In this document: positions 23,817 through 35,454 of the stretch, piece after piece
How positions within the stretch are numbered: the first letter of the stretch is position 1
Layout: every line of letters starts with the position of its first letter
Origin: an uncultured Actinomycetes bacterium
Lineage (GTDB): Bacteria > Actinomycetota > Acidimicrobiia > Spongiisociales > DATADW01
Assembly: GCA_963824995.1 (NCBI GenBank)
Contig: CAWGRK010000006.1
Coordinates: 194,273 to 258,272 of the forward strand
DNA: 64,000 bases
Direction: 5' to 3'
The notes under the pieces: generated by a model
The model's database searches: none
Seen by the model: only the letters and a program-made list of their open reading frames with translations
What the model was told of the DNA's origin: nothing
Translations under genes and position numbers: made by a program

Positions 23817-25036
23817 CGCCCATTGCGGCCCGATCGTCGACGAACAGGTCGTGGCCCATCTTGTCCGCCTTGGTCTCCAGGTAGCGGCGGTTGTGGTCGT
23901 TGGGCCGCGAGCGGATCGGTACCCGCTCCACGATGGAGAGGCCGTAACCCTCGATGCCGGCGCGCTTCGCCGGGTTGTTGGTGAGCAGCCGCATCGTCGT
24001 GATACCCAGGTCGGCGAGGATCTGAGCTCCGATCCCGTAGTCGCGGGCATCGGCGGGGAGCCCAAGCTCGAGGTTGGCCTCGACGGTGTCCCTCCCGTTG
24101 TCCTGGAGGTTGTAGGCGGCGAGTTTGTGAAGGAGGCCGATCCCCCTCCCCTCGTGTCCGCGGATATAGACCAAGACGCCCTCGCCGGCTTCACCGATCG
24201 TCTCCATTGCCGACTCGAGCTGGAAACCGCAGTCACATCGCAGGCTGGTGAAGACGTCACCGGTCAGGCACTCGGAGTGGGCTCTCACCAGCACCCCGTC
24301 CTTCCCGGATACATCTCCCATCACCAGAGCGAGGTGCTCTCTGCCGTCGAATGACCTGTACCCGACCGCCCGGAACACACCGAACGGCGTGGGGAGGCGT
24401 CCCTCCGCTACCCGCTCGACGAGCCGCTCGTGATGCCTGCGATGGGCGATGAGGTCGGCGATGGTCCCGATGAGGATGTCGTGCTGTTTGGCGAAGATCT
24501 CGATGTCGGCCAGGCGGGCGACGGTGCCGTCGTCGTTGATGACCTCCGCCAGCACCGCGGCGGGATAGCGGCCGGCCATGGTGGCGAGGTCCACCGCTGC
24601 CTCGGTGTGCCCGGCTCGTCGCAGGACGCCGCCGGACTCGTAGCGGAGCGGGAATATGTGGCCGGGGCGGTTGAGGTCGTCGTGGCGAACCTCCGGGTCG
24701 ATGGCGGCGCGTATGGTGCGCAGCCGATCGGCCGCCGAGATACCGGTCGTGGTCCCCTCGCGGGCGTCGATCGAAATCGTGAAAGCGGTCCTGCGGATAT
24801 CGGTGTTGACCGTCACCATCATCGGCAGCCGAAGCTCGTCGAGGCGCTCGCCCAACATCGGCAGGCAAATGATCCCCGAGGTATGGCGGATCATGAACCC
24901 GAGTTGCTGCTCGGTGACTGCGTCGGCGGCGACGATCAGGTCGCCCTCGTTCTCGCGGTCGGCGTCATCGACCATCACCACGATGTCGCCGCGGGCGATC
25001 GGCCTCGATGAGTTCCTCGACCGGAGCGAAGCTCAT
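23803..25036 (-). CDS. ribBA: Bifunctional DHBP synthase / GTP cyclohydrolase II, frameshift near 25005
   Basis: DDADRENEGD, RAGHTEAAVD, HSECLTGDVFTSLRCDCG, EGRGIGL. Confidence 0.95.
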
Positions 25037-25713
25037 ATGGCGGCCTCGGGCCTGTGTTCGAGGCCTTGGGCGGTCGGCCTCTCCTTCACCGGGTCCGTCT
25101 GCGTGGCCGACTCAGTGGCCAGGTGGGCCGTCTCGAGCAGGCGCTCCACGTACTTGGCGAGAATGTCGACTTCGAGATTCACCAGGTGCCCGGGGAGACG
25201 TCGTCCCAGGGTGGTGGCTTCGAGTGTATGCGGGATCAACGCCACCTCCAGCCAACCCTGGCCGACGGCGGCCACGGTGAGACTCACCCCATCGACGGTG
25301 ATCGAGCCCTTCTCGACGATGTAGCGCTCCAGGCGTGGCGGGAGCGTCACCCTCATCCTGGCGCCATCGCCCTCGGGGGCCACGGCGTCCACCCGGGCCA
25401 CTGCGTCCACATGGCCCTGGACCAGATGTCCGTCGAAGCGCCCGGATGCCGCCATCGGGAGTTCCAGGTTGACCTGGTCGCCCCCTTGCAGGTCTCCGAG
25501 GTTGGTCCTGGCCACGGTCTCGACCACGACATCGGCGGCGAAGCCCCCCGGACCTACCTCGATCGCGGTCAGACATGCCCCGTTGACCGCAACCGAGTCA
25601 CCGACTGTCAGCGAATCTGCGATCGGCCCAGCCTGTATGCGGATTCGGAGCGATCCCGGACCGCGCTCGACCGATTCGACGTCGCCCAGCGCTTCGACGA
25701 TCCCGGTGAACAC
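25033..25713 (-). CDS. ribE: Riboflavin synthase
   Basis: (M)FTGIVE start, SVAVNGACLT, GHLVQGHVD, KGSITVDGVSLT. Confidence 0.95.
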   Translation of the reverse strand: MFTGIVEALGDVESVERGPGSLRIRIQAGPIADSLTVGDSVAVNGACLTAIEVGPGGFAADVVVETVARTNLGDLQGGDQVNLELPMAASGRFDGHLVQGHVDAVARVDAVAPEGDGARMRVTLPPRLERYIVEKGSITVDGVSLTVAAVGQGWLEVALIPHTLEATTLGRRLPGHLVNLEVDILAKYVERLLETAHLATESATQTDPVKERPTAQGLEHRPEAAI

Positions 25714-25757
25714 GACGATGAGTGTATTGACCCGCACACATGGCAAGCGATCCTCGG

Positions 25758-26828
25758 TCACGCGGGCGACGCATCCACTCTGATGTCGGGTCCAATCCGT
25801 CTCACCGCGGTGAAGTGGATGGGTCTGGCGTCGGCGAGCCTCGCCATCACGCCGTCGAAGGCGGGGCGACCCACGCCGCCTGCCAAGCGCGCTCCCAGGT
25901 AAACCACCAGGCGGTCGACTAGTTCGGCCGACCACAGCGAGGCCGCCAGTGTCGGCCCGCCCTCGACCAGCAGATCGACGATCCCCAGCGCGGCGAGCTC
26001 CGACATGGCGACGGTCGGGTCCACCAACTCGCCTGCCTCGTCGGGGACCACCAGCACCTCGCCGGGAAGGTCAACGGGTCGCGGCGCCAGAATGATCGGG
26101 TCCCGACCCAACAGCGACAAGGCTTCTGGTAGCCCGCGACGCCCGGTGACCACGACCGGTCGAGGTTGAGGGCCGTCGTACCCGTCGAGGCGAACGGTCA
26201 GTTTGGGGTCGTCGGCGAGCGCAGTGCCGGCGCCGACCAAGATGGCATCGGAAGCGGCACGCAGGAGATGGGCGTCATCACGGGCCTCGCTGGATGTGAT
26301 CCACTGGGAGTCTCCGTCGGAAGCGGCCACCTGCCCGTCGAGCGTGGTGGCGATCTTCAGGGTGACGAGAGGCCGGCCGGTTCGGCGATGGTGGAAGTAG
26401 CCCGGGTCGAGTTCTTCGGCGTCGATTCCCGGCACGCCTACCTGCACATGGACCCCCGCTTCGCGTAGCCGACGGATACCTTCCCCCGCCACCTTCAGGT
26501 CGGGGTCGATAGCTCCGACGACCACCCTGCTCACCCGCGACACGATGATGGCTTCCACGCACGGCGGGGTCCGGCCGTGGTGAGAGCACGGCTCGAGGGT
26601 GACGACAAGAGTGCCGCCGCCTGCCTCGTCGCCGGCGCCGGCAAGCGCCTCTGCCTCGGCGTGCGGTGCTCCTGGACCGGCGTGGCCCGAAATCGAGAGG
26701 ATGCTTCCATCCGCTCCCGTGACCACTGCCCCGACGCGGGGGTTGGGATGGGGGTGGTGGGGACGACCGGCGTCGATCGCCCTCTTCATCAGGGTCTCAT
26801 CGGTGTACGGAGCGCCATTGGCGATCAT
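25758..26828 (-). CDS. ribD: Riboflavin biosynthesis deaminase/reductase
   Basis: PNPRVGAV, HAE, TLEPCSHHGRTPPC, TLDGQVA, LLVEGG. Confidence 0.95.
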   Translation of the reverse strand: MIANGAPYTDETLMKRAIDAGRPHHPHPNPRVGAVVTGADGSILSISGHAGPGAPHAEAEALAGAGDEAGGGTLVVTLEPCSHHGRTPPCVEAIIVSRVSRVVVGAIDPDLKVAGEGIRRLREAGVHVQVGVPGIDAEELDPGYFHHRRTGRPLVTLKIATTLDGQVAASDGDSQWITSSEARDDAHLLRAASDAILVGAGTALADDPKLTVRLDGYDGPQPRPVVVTGRRGLPEALSLLGRDPIILAPRPVDLPGEVLVVPDEAGELVDPTVAMSELAALGIVDLLVEGGPTLAASLWSAELVDRLVVYLGARLAGGVGRPAFDGVMARLADARPIHFTAVRRIGPDIRVDASPA

Positions 26829-27754
26829 GTCGTGCGCCGGTCGACCTCATAGCTCGACCCGGGCCGCTGCTTGGCGAATTCCTTCAACTCGACCGCGATC
26901 GCCGACGCCTCCCAATGGGTCTCGATTTGCCTCTGCTGGTTGCTGGCTATACCCATCGACACGGACACGATCGGATAGGCATGCCGTTCGCCACGCCGGT
27001 CAGTCACTTCGATGTACCCCTTGATGGCGTCCACCGTGTCGTAGAAGGCCAGCACTCCGGCATCGAAGCCCCTGATCGCGTTCCGGCAAAAGGACTCGGC
27101 GACATCGGGGCTCATCAGCGCCACGAAGTCATCCCCTCCGATGTGACCGACGAAAGCGCTCGCGTCGCCGGTCTCGGCGGCCGCATCGAGCATCGACCGG
27201 GCGCAGAACGTGATTACCTGATCCCCTCGCATGAATCCGTAGTGATCATTGAAAGCCTTGAAGTTGTCGAGATCGGCATGGACCAGGGAGAAAGGCTCTC
27301 CCGACTTAACCCGAGCCTCCAACTCGGCGGCGATCCGGAAGTTGCCGGGTAGGCCGGTGAGCGGTGACACATCGCGCATCTGCTGCGATCGCCGCAAGAC
27401 AGTGCGCACCCTCGCCACCAGTTCCTCGACCTCGAACGGTTTGGAGATGAAGTCGTCCGCTCCGAGCTCGAGCCCCTGGAGCCGGTCGTCGAGCTCGGCC
27501 TTGCCGGTCACCAGGATGATCGGGATATTGGCGCCTGCTGGTGACATCCTGAGACGGCGGAGGGTCGTGAGCCCGTCGAGTTGGGGCATCACCACGTCGA
27601 GCAGGATCAGGTCGACAGGGGTGCTGAGAACCCGGGTGAGCGCATCCTCGCCACTGGTGGCTTCCTCCACCTCGAACTCGGCCTCCTCCAGGCGGAGCCT
27701 GACCAATTGTCGGATGGCGCGGTCGTCGTCCACCACCAGGACTGTCTCCTTCAA
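26825..27754 (-). CDS. Response regulator with GGDEF-type domain (REC + GGDDF)
   Basis: VLVVDDD, LLDVVMP and SKPF receiver motifs; PLTGLPGN, DLDNFKAFNDHYG and HIGGDDF. Confidence 0.9.
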   Translation of the reverse strand: MKETVLVVDDDRAIRQLVRLRLEEAEFEVEEATSGEDALTRVLSTPVDLILLDVVMPQLDGLTTLRRLRMSPAGANIPIILVTGKAELDDRLQGLELGADDFISKPFEVEELVARVRTVLRRSQQMRDVSPLTGLPGNFRIAAELEARVKSGEPFSLVHADLDNFKAFNDHYGFMRGDQVITFCARSMLDAAAETGDASAFVGHIGGDDFVALMSPDVAESFCRNAIRGFDAGVLAFYDTVDAIKGYIEVTDRRGERHAYPIVSVSMGIASNQQRQIETHWEASAIAVELKEFAKQRPGSSYEVDRRTT

Positions 27755-28410
27755 CCGGCACCTCCCGCGGCTGCCCGAAGTGCCTCCACCGCCGCCACGG
27801 GATCATCGGCACCGAAGACGGCGGTGCCCGCAACCAGGATGTCGGCCCCGGCAGAGCAGAGGGCTCCCGCCACCTCGGTGGTGACACCGCCGTCCACCTC
27901 GATCTCGGTGGCAAGTGCCAGGGCATCGATGCGGCGTCTTGCGGTCTCGATCTTGGGTAGGGCACTGGTGAGGAAGCGCTGCCCTCCGAACCCAGGCTCG
28001 ACCGACATCACGAGCAAGACCGACGCCAGATCGATGTACGGCTCGGCTGCGCCGAAGGGCGTTACCGGGTTGAGGACCAGTCCGAAGTCCATCCCCAGCG
28101 CTGCCGCCTCTTTGGCCAGGCTGGTGGGGTCTGGCACCGCCTCGATATGGATGGTGACCAGGTCCGCTCCCGCCTCGGCGAGGTGTTCGAGATGGGCCTC
28201 TGGGTTGCTGACCATGAGGTGGCAATCGAAGAGGAGCCGGGATGTCATCCGTAAGGAGGCTATTACCGGCATCCCGAGCGACAGATTGGGCACGAAATGG
28301 CCGTCCATGACGTCGATGTGGAGCAGATCGACCACCGGTTCGACCTGGGCAACCGCCTCGCCCAGTCTGCTGAAATCGGCGGCGAGGATCGATGGGGCGA
28401 TCTTGACCAC
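27751..28410 (-). CDS. rpe: Ribulose-phosphate 3-epimerase
   Basis: IAPSILAADF, HIDVMDGHFVPN, MSVEPGFGGQ, EVDGG. Confidence 0.97.
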   Translation of the reverse strand: MVKIAPSILAADFSRLGEAVAQVEPVVDLLHIDVMDGHFVPNLSLGMPVIASLRMTSRLLFDCHLMVSNPEAHLEHLAEAGADLVTIHIEAVPDPTSLAKEAAALGMDFGLVLNPVTPFGAAEPYIDLASVLLVMSVEPGFGGQRFLTSALPKIETARRRIDALALATEIEVDGGVTTEVAGALCSAGADILVAGTAVFGADDPVAAVEALRAAAGGAG

Positions 28411-28449
28411 GGTCCGAGTGTATGAGCCGGGCCCGTGCAAGGGCTCTTC

Positions 28450-29401
28450 TCAGCCTGCTGGCACCTCGAGCGTCACCGGGCTCCGCCGGACACCGCGCAG
28501 CCAGGCCGATGCCGGCATCGGCGAGCGCCCCTGCGGTTGGACCACCTCGATTTCGATCGCTCCGTCACCGGTTCCAAGCAACACCCGATCACCGTCGGCG
28601 GCAACCTCGCCGGGACGCATCCCGGTGCGTTGGGCGGGGCACGCTCCGAGGACCTGGATCCGACTGCCCGCGCTGAGGGCGTAGGCCCCCGGCCTTGGTG
28701 CCAGGGCACGCACCCGTCGCAGCAGATCCACCGACGGTCTACCCGGGTCGAGCCACCGATCCTCTGGCTTGAGCTTGGCGGCGAGGGTGACACCGTTTTC
28801 GGCTTGCGGGTCGGGCCGGATCTCACCCGCCAGGTAACTCGGGAGGGTGTCAGCCAGCAGCCCAGCGCCCAGGGTGGCGAGGCGCTCGGTCAGGTCCGCC
28901 CGGTTCTCTTCGGGGCCGATCGGAGTCTGCTCCACCGCCAGCACTGGGCCCGTGTCCAGTCCCTCGTCGAGCACGATCAGGGTCACCCCGGTCGACCTCG
29001 TCGCCCTCCAGGATCGCCCTCTCGACGGGGGCGGCTCCGCGCCAGCGTGGCAAGAGGGAGAAGTGGATGTTGACGAAGCCACGTCGGGGAAGCCGGAGGA
29101 TGGCGGCGGGCAGCAGCATCCCGAATGCGACCACGACCGCCACGTCGAGGGGGGCGACAGCCCTCAGCATGGCATCCAGTTCGGTGGCCGAATTTGGCTG
29201 GTGAACCTCGAGGCCACGTTCCAACGCAGCCTCCTTGACCGGCGAGGGACGGGGCCGTCCCGATCTACCACGTGGCCGGTCGGGGCGGGTGACAACAGCC
29301 GCAAGCTCCACGAGGGGTTCGAGGACACGCAGCGCCGGGAGAGCGGCTACGGGTGTCCCCAACAGGACCGCCCGGCTCGGTCGAATCAGAGGAGAGGTCA
29401 T
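28450..29401 (-). CDS. fmt: Methionyl-tRNA formyltransferase, frameshift near 28993
   Basis: VVTRPDRPRGR, NIHFSLLPRWRGAAPV, LDEGLDTGP. Confidence 0.93.
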
Positions 29402-29907
29402 TCCGAAATGGGAAGCCCGAGCGCCTCTTCGCGCAGCTGCTTGAGCGCCTGCTTGCGCTGTCTGCGGCCGAGCCGTGCCAGGAGAAGAGTGCCCTCGAGA
29501 TGGTCGAACTCGTGCTGCAACACACGGCCCGTCAACTCGTCGCCGGCGTACTCGACCGGATTCTGCTCGGGGTCTACGCCGCGCACCATGGCGTATCCGG
29601 GGCGGGTGATCTCCCACCAGTAGCCGGGCAAAGACAAGCAGCCCTCTTCGAGCTCCCAGGATCCGCCCGTTTCGACGAGCTCGGGGTTGATCACCACATG
29701 CGCCCCGGTGTCGTCGTTTGCGTCGAATACGAAGATCCGCTTGGAGACCCCGATCTGCGGCGCCGCCAGCCCCACCCCTGGAGCCTCATACATCGTCTCG
29801 ATCATGTCATCGACCAGCCTCTTGAGATGCTCGTCGAATTCAGTCACGGGCGCCGCCCTCGTGTTGAGGACCGGGTCGCCAAAGGTGCGGATTGGGAAGA
29901 GGGTCAT
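29398..29907 (-). CDS. def: Peptide deformylase
   Basis: GVGLAAPQIG, EGCLS, QHEFDHLEG. Confidence 0.97.
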   Translation of the reverse strand: MTLFPIRTFGDPVLNTRAAPVTEFDEHLKRLVDDMIETMYEAPGVGLAAPQIGVSKRIFVFDANDDTGAHVVINPELVETGGSWELEEGCLSLPGYWWEITRPGYAMVRGVDPEQNPVEYAGDELTGRVLQHEFDHLEGTLLLARLGRRQRKQALKQLREEALGLPISE

Positions 29908-29913
29908 GGGAAA

Positions 29914-30059
29914 TGAGTATTGAGTAGTGGGTAGTGGGTAGTGAGTTCAGAAACCGGGGCCGCTGTGGCGCGCTCTGGAGTAAACAGCATCGCATAAGGC
30001 CGAAAACCCAGAACCCTCTACCCAATACCCAATACCCCGAGCCGCTGCGAAGCAGCGGG
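29914..30059. repeat. Inverted heptamer arrays plus partial REP-like hairpin (family B) between priA and def
   Basis: TGRGTAK-type units at 29914-29946, oppositely oriented ..ACCC.. units at 30003-30037, then CCGCTGCGAAGCAGCGG at 30042-30058. Confidence 0.7.
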
Positions 30060-30070
30060 GAGGGTACCGC

Positions 30071-31859
30071 TCACAGATCGAGCGGGTCGGCATCCACCCG
30101 CACCGTCAGGCCCGATTGGCGCCATCGTTCGACAACGGGCCGCAACGCCTGGCGGAACCGGCCGAGATCGGAACCTCGCCCCAGCCACCGGAGCCCCTCC
30201 CCCGCCGGTGCCGGCCCGAGGATCGATACCCCGGCACCAGCCACCCCTCGCAGGGTCTCGTCTTCTGCCGCGCCGTCTCCTCCCCGCAACTCGACGGCGA
30301 GCAGCTCAGCCGTCGGGGGGAACCCGAGTTCCGCCCGCGCCTCGAGTTCGTGCCCCAGATACGGTATCGGGTCACCTCTTCGCAGCGCCTCGAGCAGCGG
30401 GGCGTCGGGGCGGGACGTCTGGGCGAGCATGCGTCGTCCCTGGCCGAGTGGCACCGTGGCGGCCACCCTCGCAAGGATGCGTAGCGCCTCCTCCGCAGCT
30501 CTGTAGCTGGTTCCGAGCATGAGCCCGTCGACATCCACCGCTACCGCCAGGTCGACCCTTGGCAGCCCGGGAAGATGGCGCTCGGTCCCCACCCAGATGG
30601 GAGCTGCGCTGTGGGGCGCGCCGACCGCGTCTGGCCCGAGAACACGCTTCAACTCCTCAGTCACACGCCCGACACCGGCGCCGAGCGGCTCGAATCGGTC
30701 GCCACCGCACCCGGCGCAAGGGCCGAGCGGAGCACCGCATCGCGAGCAGGTGTCGCCCGGATCGGGCCTCGATCCGCACACCCCGCATTGGCGGACCAAC
30801 CGGCAGCGCACGCACCGCATGGCCGGCGCGTATCCGGCCCGGTGGGTGAAGACGAACGACCTGCCGCCCGAAGCTGCCACACCGCGTAGCGCCGCCCTAG
30901 CCCGCTCCCCAAGGACGCCTCTACCCGGCGGGTCCTCGGTGCGGTCTGCCACCTCGACGAGCGGCCAGGCGCGCCTCGACCCCGGCAACCGGACGACGTC
31001 CACCCCGGCGGCGAGCACCTCACAACTCGGAACCCTCCCCACCATGAGCAACCAGAACCGCTCGACGGCGGCCCGGGTGCGCAAGAGGTCGCGGGCATGG
31101 AGGGTCGGTGTTTGACGGTCCTTCATTGCACGTCTTCCCTCATCGACCAGCACGCCGAGGCCAAGCCCGGCGATCGGCCAGAGGGCAGTGCGATGGGTGC
31201 CGACGAGGAGGGTCCCCGGTCTTCCGCATGCCAGCGACCACGCCCTGGTGACCGCCCGATCACCATGTTCGGGGAGGACTTCGACAACCGCGTTGCCGAG
31301 CAGGCCGCGCAATCCCGCAGCGATGCTCTCCACCTCGGTCCCGGTGGGAGCGACGACGAGCACCGACCTTCCCGCCCCGAGCACCGGAGCGGCACTGGCC
31401 GCCAGCAAGCCCGAAGGGTCGGGTGGCGCCAGGGCGTATGTGCTGCGGACTCGTTCGCCGGCAGCCGCCCTTCTGGCCCGGCCATCGAGCGCACCCGGCG
31501 GGAGTTCGCTCACCGGACTCCCATCGCCGGGAGCGACGGGCAGGCTGGGTGGCCCGGAGCGGCCGAGAAGAACCGACAAAGGGGCCACGTAGTGCTGCGC
31601 CGCCCAGCGGAGGGTTTGGAGAAGTGCGGGGTGAAATATGTGCTGGGCACCGGAGACGGCTCGGATCTCGCGCAGCCCCGCGGCGGATCCACTTTCTCAG
31701 ACCGATGACGAAGCCGCGAACCACCCGCCCGCCGAGTGGGACCCTGACGATCGACCCGACGGCGGTGGTTTCCTCGAGCCGATCGGGTACGGAATAGGCG
31801 AAGCCGGCGTCCACCGCGAAGGTGGGCAGATCGGGGACGACCTGGGCGACTGTCGTCAG
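30071..31859 (-). CDS. priA: Primosomal protein N' (actinobacterial short form), frameshifted at the N-terminus
   Basis: [14 protein letters not shown], four CxxC pairs, GAGVGRV, FPP, C-terminal VRVDADP; between metK and def. Confidence 0.85.
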
Positions 31860-33046
31860 CGAGAGACGGCCAGGGCCAGGTCGGCAGCGGCCCCGGTGTC
31901 CTCCCAGGGGAAGCCGGGACGACCGAAGTGGCCGTACGCCGAAGTCGGCGTGTAGATCGGCCTTCTCAGTCCGAAGCGCTCCAGGATGGCCGACGGACGG
32001 AAGTCGAAGACCTCGCGCACCGCGTTGCCCAACCGGTGCGGATCCACCTGCTCCGTCCCAAACGTCTCAAGGTGGACCGACATCGGCCGAGCGACCCCGA
32101 TGGCGTAGGCAACCTGGAGCTCGCACCGCTTGGACAGTCCGGCCGCAACCACGTTCTTGGCGGCGTGACGGGCGGCATATGCGGCGGAGCGGTCGACCTT
32201 GGTCGGGTCCTTGCCACTGAAAGCACCGCCACCGTGTCGTGCATAACCGCCGTAGGTGTCGACGATGATCTTGCGCCCGGTGAGACCGGTGTCTCCATTG
32301 GGCCCGCCGATCTCGAACCTCCCGGTTGGGTTGACCAGGAAGTCGTGGTCCGGGTCTACCCCGTCGAGCAACTCTGCTGGGATCACCTCGGTGACCACGT
32401 GCTTCCACAGATCGGGAACCAGACCGGCCTCGAGATCTGTCTCGGGTGCGTGCTGTGACGACATCAGCACCCGCTTGATGGCGACCGGCTTGTCACCCTC
32501 GTAGATGACGGTCACCTGCGTCTTCCCGTCGGGCCGGAGGCAGGGCATGGTGCCGTCGCGTCTCACCTCGGCGAGCCGCTCGGCGAGGCGGTGGGCCAGT
32601 TGGATGGGGAGCGGCATCAACTCGGCCGTCTCGTCAACCGCGAAGCCAAAGACAAGCCCCTGGTCTCCTGCCCCGAGGGCATCGAGCGGGTCGGTGGAGC
32701 CGTTGCGGTGCTCCCACGATTCGACAACTCCGTCTGCGATGTCCGAGCTTTGAGCATGGGCGACGACCTCCACCCGCACCGTGTCGGCGGCGAAAGTCGG
32801 ATCGAACCCGTCGTAGCCGACCTGCCTGATCGCGTCGCGGGCTATGGCATCTAGATCGACCTGTGCAGAGGTACTGATCTCGCCCGCCACCACCGCCAAA
32901 CCGGTAGTTACCAGCGTTTCGCAGGCCACCCGTCCCTTGGGGTCCTGGGCGAGCACCGCGTCGAGCACCGCATCCGAGATTCGGTCGGCGACCTTGTCGG
33001 GGTGACCCTCGGTGACGGATTCAGATGTGAAGAGCCAACTGGACAT
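31856..33046 (-). CDS. metK: S-adenosylmethionine synthetase
   Basis: [35 protein letters not shown]. Confidence 0.98.
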   Translation of the reverse strand: MSSWLFTSESVTEGHPDKVADRISDAVLDAVLAQDPKGRVACETLVTTGLAVVAGEISTSAQVDLDAIARDAIRQVGYDGFDPTFAADTVRVEVVAHAQSSDIADGVVESWEHRNGSTDPLDALGAGDQGLVFGFAVDETAELMPLPIQLAHRLAERLAEVRRDGTMPCLRPDGKTQVTVIYEGDKPVAIKRVLMSSQHAPETDLEAGLVPDLWKHVVTEVIPAELLDGVDPDHDFLVNPTGRFEIGGPNGDTGLTGRKIIVDTYGGYARHGGGAFSGKDPTKVDRSAAYAARHAAKNVVAAGLSKRCELQVAYAIGVARPMSVHLETFGTEQVDPHRLGNAVREVFDFRPSAILERFGLRRPIYTPTSAYGHFGRPGFPWEDTGAAADLALAVSR

Positions 33047-33082
33047 GGCGGTCGAGTATAAGAAGTGGGCTCGGACGAACCG

Positions 33083-34270
33083 CTAATCGGCGTCGGTCAA
33101 CGCGGCACCCACCTCGTCCCAAAGCCGGGAGGCAACCTCCTGCTTGGTCAGGAGCGGCCAGTGCTCGATGGTGCCGTCTCTTCCGATCAGGGCCACCTCG
33201 TTTGTGTCGGATCCGAACCCGGACCCGGTCCTGGTCACGTCGTTGGCCACCGTCAGGTCGCTCCCCTTGCGCTTCGCCTTCTCCACCGCCCGATCGAGCG
33301 ACCCTGTCTCGGCAGAGAAGCCCACCAGGAAAGGGCGCGGCTCCATCTCGGCCACCCCTCCCAGGATGTCGGGAGTCGGCTCGAGGACAATGTCGGGCGG
33401 CCCGTCTCCCCTGCTCAGCTTGGTGGGGGCCTGCTCCTTGGGGCGGAAATCGGCCACCGCCGCCGCCATCACCACCACGTCCATGCCGCCGGCACGCCCC
33501 CACACCGCTTCGGCCATCTCGTCGGCTGTCTCCACCGCCACCACCTCGACACCTCGAGGGAGGTCGAGAGAAGCGGTTGTGACCAGGACGACGTCGGCGC
33601 CGCGGCGGGATGCCTCACCGGCGATGGCGTGGCCCATCCTCCCCGAGGATCGGTTCCCCACGTAGCGCACCGGATCGATGGGCTCCCTGGTTCCACCGGC
33701 GGTGACCAGCACCCGCACCCCGGTAAGGGGCCCGTCCCCGAGCACACGAGCCACCTCGGCGAGGATTTCCTCCGGTTCCACCATCCGACCAGGGCCTTCG
33801 TCTCCGCCGGCGAGTGATCCGGACGCCGGTCCGACCAGATGGTGGCCGTCGCTGGTCAATTGGGCCACCACCCGCCTGGTGGCGGGGTGCTCCCACATCT
33901 CGGTGTGCATCGCCGGGGCCAGCACCACGGGCGACCGGGCGGCCATCAACGTGGCTGTGACCACGTCGTCGCTTATCCCGGCAGCAAGGCGACCGAGGAG
34001 CGACGTCGTAGCCGGGGCGATCACGATCAGGTCGGCCCATTCGGCCAATTCGGTGTGCGGACTCACCGCCCCCGCAGCGAAGAGGTCCTCTGCGACGGGA
34101 TGCTTGGTGACGGCGGCGAAGCTGCGGGCGCCTACGAACTCGCCGGCGCTGCGGGTCATCATCACCTTGACGTCGGCACCGGCTTCAACAAGACGCCGCG
34201 CCAGCACCACCGCTTTGTATGCCGCGATCCCACCGGTGACGCCGAGCAGGATCCGGCGACCCGGCAGCAT
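33083..34270 (-). CDS. coaBC: Phosphopantothenoylcysteine decarboxylase/ligase
   Basis: GVTGGIAAYK, APAMHTEMW, TAGGTREPIDPVRYVGNRSSG, AAAVADF. Confidence 0.97.
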   Translation of the reverse strand: MLPGRRILLGVTGGIAAYKAVVLARRLVEAGADVKVMMTRSAGEFVGARSFAAVTKHPVAEDLFAAGAVSPHTELAEWADLIVIAPATTSLLGRLAAGISDDVVTATLMAARSPVVLAPAMHTEMWEHPATRRVVAQLTSDGHHLVGPASGSLAGGDEGPGRMVEPEEILAEVARVLGDGPLTGVRVLVTAGGTREPIDPVRYVGNRSSGRMGHAIAGEASRRGADVVLVTTASLDLPRGVEVVAVETADEMAEAVWGRAGGMDVVVMAAAVADFRPKEQAPTKLSRGDGPPDIVLEPTPDILGGVAEMEPRPFLVGFSAETGSLDRAVEKAKRKGSDLTVANDVTRTGSGFGSDTNEVALIGRDGTIEHWPLLTKQEVASRLWDEVGAALTDAD

Positions 34271-34273
34271 GCC

Positions 34274-34507
34274 CTACTCGGGGTCGCGGTGCTCGACGCT
34301 GAGCTTGCCGGCGACTATCTCCTCGAGGGCAAGCGTCTCGGGCTTGCGCGACAGCGAGTGGACTTGGGGGGGCACGTATGTGCCCAACCCCTCGCCAAGT
34401 TGGTTGTAATAGGCGTTGATCTGACGGGCTCGGCGAGCGGTGACCACAACGAGTGCGAAGCGGTCTCCGACGTGCTCCAAGGCCCGTTCGATGGCAGGTT
34501 CGATCAT
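34274..34507 (-). CDS. rpoZ: RNA polymerase omega subunit
   Basis: RFALVVVTARRARQINAYY, KPETLALEEI. Confidence 0.93.
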   Translation of the reverse strand: MIEPAIERALEHVGDRFALVVVTARRARQINAYYNQLGEGLGTYVPPQVHSLSRKPETLALEEIVAGKLSVEHRDPE

Positions 34508-35090
34508 CTCTCGGGTTTGTTGGGGACCGTCAGTATACGCAGAATCTCGTCGACCGCCCGCTCCACCCGGTCGTTGACCACCAGATGGTCGAAGACGCGC
34601 CCTGCCATCTGCAGTTGCCAACGAGCGATCTCGATCCTTCCCGCTATGTCATCGGGAGAAGTGTCCCCCCGTCCCTCCAGTCTCCTACGAAGGTCGTCCA
34701 GCGAGGGTGGGGCGACGAAAATCGTGAGCGCGTCAGGGTAGAGCTGTGTGACCTGGAGCGCTCCCTGTACCTCGATGTCGAGCAGAACTGCTCTCGCCGC
34801 GTTGGAGCGCGTCCTCCACCGGGGACCTCGGGGTGCCGTAGAGGCGCCCGTTGTACTCGGCCCACTCGAGGAGTTCGCCGCGGTCCCGCAAGTCAGCGAA
34901 CTGGTCGGTGTCAACGAACAGGTACTCGACCCCGTGCCGCTCGCCGGGACGGGGGGGGCGAGTTGTGGCGGACACCGAGAACGTCACCGGGTGACGCTGG
35001 GAGACCATGGCAACGATGGTGCTCTTGCCCACTCCGGATGGGCCGCTGATGACGATCAGCCGCCCCGAGCCGCCAGTCGTGTCAGCAGAG
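34504..35090 (-). CDS. gmk: Guanylate kinase, frameshift near 34800 (start uncertain)
   Basis: [41 protein letters not shown]. Confidence 0.93.
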
Positions 35091-35142
35091 TCGTTTGCCG
35101 GCGGGGTCGTGGAGGGGATGGCCGACCCGCCGGGATCTGAAT

Positions 35143-35454
35143 TCAGCTGAACTCGGCGAGCAGGGCGGCGCGCTGTTTCTCCCCGAGGCCGCGCAGCCGG
35201 CGATTGTCGGCGATGCTGTGGGCCTCCATGATCCGCTTTGCCTTCACCTTGCCGGTTCCCGGCATCGAAGAGAGCACTGCAGACACCTTGAGGCCGGCAA
35301 CGATCTCGTCGTCGTCAGCCCGTCCCAACAGACCCTTGAAATCGAGCGACCCCATCTTGAGGAGCTCCTTGACCTCTGCTCGCACCTTGCGCGCCTCGGC
35401 AGCTTTAGCCAGCGCTTTGGCCCGCTGCTCGTCGGATAGCTCAGGAGGTGGCAT
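35143..35454 (-). CDS. mihF: Actinobacterial integration host factor
   Basis: [31 protein letters not shown]; between pyrF and gmk. Confidence 0.92.
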   Translation of the reverse strand: MPPPELSDEQRAKALAKAAEARKVRAEVKELLKMGSLDFKGLLGRADDDEIVAGLKVSAVLSSMPGTGKVKAKRIMEAHSIADNRRLRGLGEKQRAALLAEFS

